DNA from: Antechinus flavipes | Lineage: Eukaryota | Reading direction: 5' to 3' | NCBI RefSeq assembly: GCF_016432865.1 | Contig: NC_067398.1 | Coordinates: forward strand, 726,454,001-726,518,000 | DNA: 64,000 nucleotides | Shown here: positions 59,250 to 64,000 of the stretch, in pieces | Layout: each line of letters opens with the position of its first letter | Numbering within the stretch: position 1 is the first letter of the stretch | Translations under genes and position numbers: made by a program | Notes under the pieces: model-generated | What the model saw: only the letters and a program-made list of their open reading frames with translations | The model's database searches: none | What the model was told of the DNA's origin: nothing

Positions 59250-59700
59250 CTCAGTTCTCTCCCAGGCCATGTCCTTGCGCTTGCCACTCTCCCCATTTTG
59301 ACCAATTCAATTCTGCTCTGTCCTCTTGACTCCCTCGCCTCCTCACCTTCTGATTATGCCCAGGAACGCTCCTCCGAACATGCTGATCCACTGGCCTTCT
59401 CTTCCTTCCTCATCAGTACCCTCCTATCCTTCCCAGTGTCCCTGAAAACCTCCTGCGGCCGCCCTCTCCTACCCTCTCAGCTGCAAAGGCTGCGGAGCCC
59501 CTCTTTTTCCCCTCAGTGTCTCCTGTCACTCAGGGGTAGAAAAGCCCCCCCTCCACCCCACACCCTGAGACAAGCCCTTCTCCTCCCCCTCTCCAGTTGC
59601 CTCATTCCTACTCATGCTCTCGTCTTCCATCTTTCCCTCTCTCTCTCCACTGCCCATAAACAGCTCATGTCTCTTGTCTCTTTCATCTTTGCTAACTCTC
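59250..59700 (+). mobile_element. L2 relic
   Basis: C/T-rich L2 ORF2-like fragments (ttcaattctgctctgtcctcttgactccctcgcc). Confidence 0.4.
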
Positions 59701-59929
59701 AGCCCTTGTGACAACTCCTTGCAGTGCTGGGAAGTACATTCTGACTCCACATCTATCACACTGCACAAGAAAAATCAGATCAAAAAGGAAAAAAATACAA
59801 AAACAAAAATGAAAATACTGAATTGTGATCCACATTCAGTCCCCACAGTCTCTCTCTAGGTGCAGATAGTGCTCTCCATTCCAAGTCTACTGATCCATTT
59901 CTAGTTTTTAAGGAGTTATTTTCTTAAGG

Positions 59930-60330
59930 TTTTGGATCTTTTCAATTGGTTGCCTTTCATGTGTTGCTTTTTCCTCTCCCCACCTAATTCCTCTACCTTA
60001 TTTGATTTTTAAAGTCTCTTAAAAAGCTCTTTGAAGAACTCTTCTTGGACTGGTGGCCATTTGACATTTTTCTTTGAAGTGGGAGTGCCTTTTTTCCCCC
60101 ACTGCAAAAACTCTGGTTCCCTGATCTCCCTCTTGTATCTGTGAGTTCCAGCCTTCTGCCCTAGAAACGAACATGAAACTAGGTATTCTGCTCTCCTGGC
60201 GGTGCTCCCAGCCAGCATGTCCCTGATGTGAGGAAGGTTCCACCCACAGTTCCTCCCAGATTTCCCATGACAGGATTCCTTCTGCAGAGAGCCCACATGC
60301 CTACAATGACTGTGGGCAGACTTTTGGCCA
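59930..60330 (-). mobile_element. L1 ORF1 N-terminal relic
   Basis: Minus-strand TPTSKKNVKWPPVQEEFFKELFKRL resembles marsupial L1 ORF1. Confidence 0.6.
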
Positions 60331-60749
60331 GAAAACAAAAGTAATTTTTCATCAGAGAAGTCCTATTAGGAAAAAAATATATATAAGTTAATGACTGTGG
60401 GAAGGCTTTCTTCTGTAGGTAAGAACATTCTTCCCCTCACAATCTGCTGTGAGTCTTCCTGGGGGTGGATGTTCTAAAGGAATGCTCTGCTTTGGAGGAG
60501 ATACCCTGGTCTCAGTCCTCATCTCCCCATCTGAGAGCCATGGAGAAGGCCAATTTCCCCCACGCTCACCCCTCTATAGAATTAGTTTTGTTTCCTGGCT
60601 CTCCCATCAAAGAAATTGAAGCTGTATCCTACCACCTAAGGTCAGTGCCATTCCTGCTTCATGGGAAGCTTTCCCAGATTCCCCTCACAGCTCACTGTGC
60701 TTCAGAATATTTATTTGGCAGCGACTTGCCTCTGTGCTTCCCTTTTTTT

Positions 60750-61030
60750 CTTTAAATGAGTTAGAATTAAATGAAAAATGGCCAAAGACAAAGAAACCCA
60801 AGCTATCTATGGTCACATAAAAAAGGCTCTAAATTACTAGTGGTTAGATAATAGTCAATTAAAACAACCTCACACTATCAGATTGGCTAATATGTCCAGA
60901 AAAGGAAAATGACAAATTTTGCAGGGGATGTGTGAAAACATGGACACAGTGCATTGTTGGTGCAGTTGCTGGAGAGCAAAAGGCCTTAACATTTTGCATA
61001 CTCTTTGATTTATCTGTATCCCCAAAAAGG
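60750..61030 (+). mobile_element. L1 ORF2 3' relic
   Basis: acctcacactatcagattggctaa...cagtgcattgttggtg signature. Confidence 0.6.
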
Positions 61031-61038
61031 TGTGTGTA

Positions 61039-61070
<32 letters not shown>

Positions 61071-61430
61071 AGTGTGAATGTGTGTGAGTGTGATTGTGTG
61101 TGAGTGTATGTGTGATCGTGTGTGATTGAGTGTGTGTGTGTGTGTGTCAGTGTGAATGTGTGTGAGTGTGATTGTGTGTGAGTGTATGTGTGATCGTGTG
61201 TAAGTATGAGTGTGTGATTGAGTGTGTGTGATTGTGTGTGTCAGTGTGAGTGTGTCGATGTGAGTGTGTATGATTGTGTATGTGTGATTGTGTGTGTGAT
61301 TGTGATTGTGTGAGTCAGTGTGAGTGTGTGTGATTGTGTGTGTGTGTCAGTGTGAGTGAGTGTATGTGTGATTGTGTGTGTGAGCCAGTGTGAGGGGGTA
61401 TGATTGTGTGTGTGAGTGTGATTGTGTGTA
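61030..61430. repeat. TG-rich compound microsatellite
   Basis: gtgtgtgagtgtgattgtgt units. Confidence 0.85.
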
Positions 61431-61979
61431 CCATTTAGAGTCTGTCTCCCCCCCCCCCCCAGAAGCCATGTATCAGATATGTTTCCTTTTTGGGAAGAGA
61501 AACCTGAACGTTGGCACCTCCCAGCCATTCAGCCCCTAATTATGGGTGTAGGAGCAGAAGGTTTCCTGATTTACTCGAGGTTTGCCAACAATGGTGACAC
61601 GAGACACCTTACCTATGGGGCCAGGTGCTGGGGGGCCATCCAGGCCCAGGCGGCACTGCCTAGTTGTCATTATTGAGCAAGGAGGGTATGGTTGGGGGAT
61701 GAATACTCTTTTAGGGAACATCCTGATCACTTCACCCATGCCAGAAGAATACCTGGCCATTATTCTCTCAGGTGAGAGACCAAAGACCTCAGTCACAGAG
61801 CTGCTTGGGCTGTAGTTTTTCCAAACTCGGTGTTCACATGCAGGTGTACAAGCTCTGAAATATAACCGTGCTTACTACATCTATTATAATATGGGTAGGA
61901 CAGTTTTTCTTCTAACCCCAGAATATTAAAGGTAAAAAAGTGCTTAGAATGAAGTCTCTGTGGCATTTAAGTGATACTA

Positions 61980-62140
61980 GTATTGGATGATGGACATTTA
62001 AATTAATAATATTGATTAATAATAATGATTACATAACTATAAATTATATATTATAATATGTAACATAATATGTTATGTTAATATTAATTATTATGTAATT
62101 GTAAAATAATATAATTAATAATAATGATTAAAAAGTAAAC
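61980..62140. repeat. AT-rich low-complexity tract
   Basis: attaataatattgattaataataatg...; very few G/C. Confidence 0.8.
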
Positions 62141-62559
62141 TTGGTATTCGGCATGTGGCGGGCTGACACATTCCTGAAGGGAAGGGTTTCACAAAGAGCC
62201 CCACTCAGATGGGTGGGCACAATCCACAGCAAAGGGGGCTGGTTTTTACTCCTCAGGGAAGGAAGGGAAGCATGTGTAAAGCCAAACCCATCCCTACAGG
62301 CAGAGAGAGAGAGAGACAGAGAGGGGGGAAGTGATAAGGAAAATAATGGGAGGGGAGAGAAGAGATTAAAAGTCCTAAAGATTACAGGAAGAAAAACTCA
62401 AGTAAATCAACAATGAAAATGGAAGGAGATGTGACCTCCAGATCTAGCAATGAGTTCAAGGATCTAGAATAAATTCTGCAGGATGAAGGGAAGCAATCAG
62501 ATGTGGTGAGACTGAGGGCCTTGCGGAATTTAAGGAGGACATTGTTCCTGAGTAGTTTA

Positions 62560-62853
62560 TTTTTATTTATTTATTTTTAACTTTTTAAATTATTTATTTA
62601 TTTTATTTATTTTTTTGATAACAACTTTTTATTGACAGAACCCATGCCAGGGTAATTTTTTATAACATTATCCCTTGCACTCACTTCTGTTCCGATTTTT
62701 CCCCTCTCTCCCTCCACCCCCTCCCCTAGATGGCAAGCAGTCCTATACATGTTAAATATGTCATGGTATATCCTAGATACAATATATGTGTACAGAACTG
62801 AACAGATCTCTTGTTGCACAGGGAGAATTGGATTCAGAAGGTAGAAATAACCC
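62560..62853 (-). mobile_element. Relatively young 5'-truncated L1 3' end with 15-bp TSD
   Basis: (TTTA)n tail; ttcctgagtagttta duplicated at 62545-62559 and 62854-62868. Confidence 0.85.
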
Positions 62854-62929
62854 TTCCTGAGTAGTTTAAAAGAGGAAGGGGAATTATGCGGGCAGAATTC
62901 ATGGCCTGCACAGCAAAAGGAGAAAAGAG

Positions 62930-63240
62930 ACAGAGACACAGAGGTGGGGGGGAGGGAGGGAGAGGGAGAGAGACACAGAAGGAGGGAGAGGGAGAGAGAC
63001 ACAGAAAGAGACAGAGGGAGANNNNNNNNNNNNNNNNNNNNNNNNNNNNNNNNNNNNNNNNNNNNNNNNNNNNNNNNNNNNNNNNNNNNNNNNNNNNNNN
63101 NNNNNNNNNNNNNNNNNNNNNNNNNNNNNNNNNNNNNNNNNNNNNNNNNNNNNNNNNNNNNNAGGAGAGTGGGAGGAAAGGGAGGGGGAGAGGGAGAGAG
63201 AGAGAGATACAGAGACAGAGAGAGAAAGCTTGCTGATAAA
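62930..63240. repeat. GA-rich repeat spanning a gap (N 63022-63162)
   Basis: gagagagacacaga units. Confidence 0.8.
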
Positions 63241-64000
63241 CAGAGAGGTCATAAATCAGAGAATGAAAGTCTAAACCCAATAGAAAAAGAGAGAGAATAA
63301 AGAGAGAAATTCTCTTTGGAAAGGGACACAAAAATGAAGTTGAAAAACCAAATAAATCTAAAGAACAGGAGGAGCTGAAGGTGAGGGGAGGAAGGTAGAA
63401 TCAACCCAACAAATTCAGAGAAGAAAAGAGGGGATAGGAAGCATAGAACCGGATAGGAGCAGGAGAGAGAAGCCTTTAGCAAAGAACCCAAGAGAAAAGA
63501 GGTAGATTTATAGCACAAAGTTGATCAGAGATTCATGTTACTTATTTGATAATTTTATGGCTTACAAGTAGGTTTGAGGGGTGGTCTATTCACTATTTTA
63601 TCAGGAACTTGGTTGTCACTGACCAGCAGATTATTTATCTATACTATCCTAAGGCCAGAAGACTTTGAAATCACTGACAGATTGTTAAAACAGAAGCACC
63701 CCAAAGTGGGGAGGACCTCCCTGGTGCTTCCTCCCCAGGAGCTTCTTTCATTTCCTGTCTCAAGCAGTTTGAACCCCAAATCCATTTGGGACAAAGGGAT
63801 GGAGATTCTTCATGCCGATAAGGGGTGTAGAACTGTTCCTAGTGGGGTTCAGACTGAGGAGGGGAGGAAAGATGGCAGCAGGAGCATTCAGGGATGCTGA
63901 ATGTTAGAATCAGTTAGCTCATGATAGTCAGGTGAACAAGGAGTTGGAAGGTCATAGCATAGCTTGGAGTCTGGTGAAAACAAATCTCACAAGTAAGTTT

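Noticed and set aside
61536-61796. Calling the minus-strand ORF a MIF/DDT gene or pseudogene
   Set aside because: Similarity is limited to a few residues with a gap and is not evident at DNA level; left as an unassigned candidate exon.

Overview
GC-rich mammalian genomic DNA, most likely from a dasyuromorph marsupial (inferred from its marsupial tRNA-derived CORE-SINEs and marsupial-type L1 3' ends). It is orthologous to part of human 22q11.23. Five intact spliced protein-coding genes were reconstructed exon by exon from GT-AG boundaries and reading frame: GGT1 (+, first coding exon lies upstream of the window), CHCHD10 (-), MMP11 (+), SMARCB1 (+) and DERL3 (-). A CCAAT-rich promoter and an unidentified + strand GC-rich leader follow DERL3. 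Intergenic DNA holds L1, L2, MIR and SINE relics, a solo LTR and many minisatellites; all six N-gaps fall in low-complexity repeats. Most long ORFs in the supplied track are by-products of GC-richness or tandem repeats. Leading observations: (1) two adjacent U12-type introns in DERL3; (2) intronic VNTRs that amplify splice signals (ten decoy 5' donors in DERL3, six branch-point motifs in MMP11, a ~3 kb AG-poor 39-mer array in SMARCB1); (3) a ~50-bp-phased array of 13 CCAAT boxes; (4) a housekeeping-type promoter with a putative antisense first exon inside GGT1; (5) an E2F-like minisatellite; (6) GGT1 directly abutting CHCHD10, a synteny break relative to human and mouse; (7) L1 relics that look GC/CpG-shifted. 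Comparisons to human/mouse genes and repeat consensi are from memory and were not computed.
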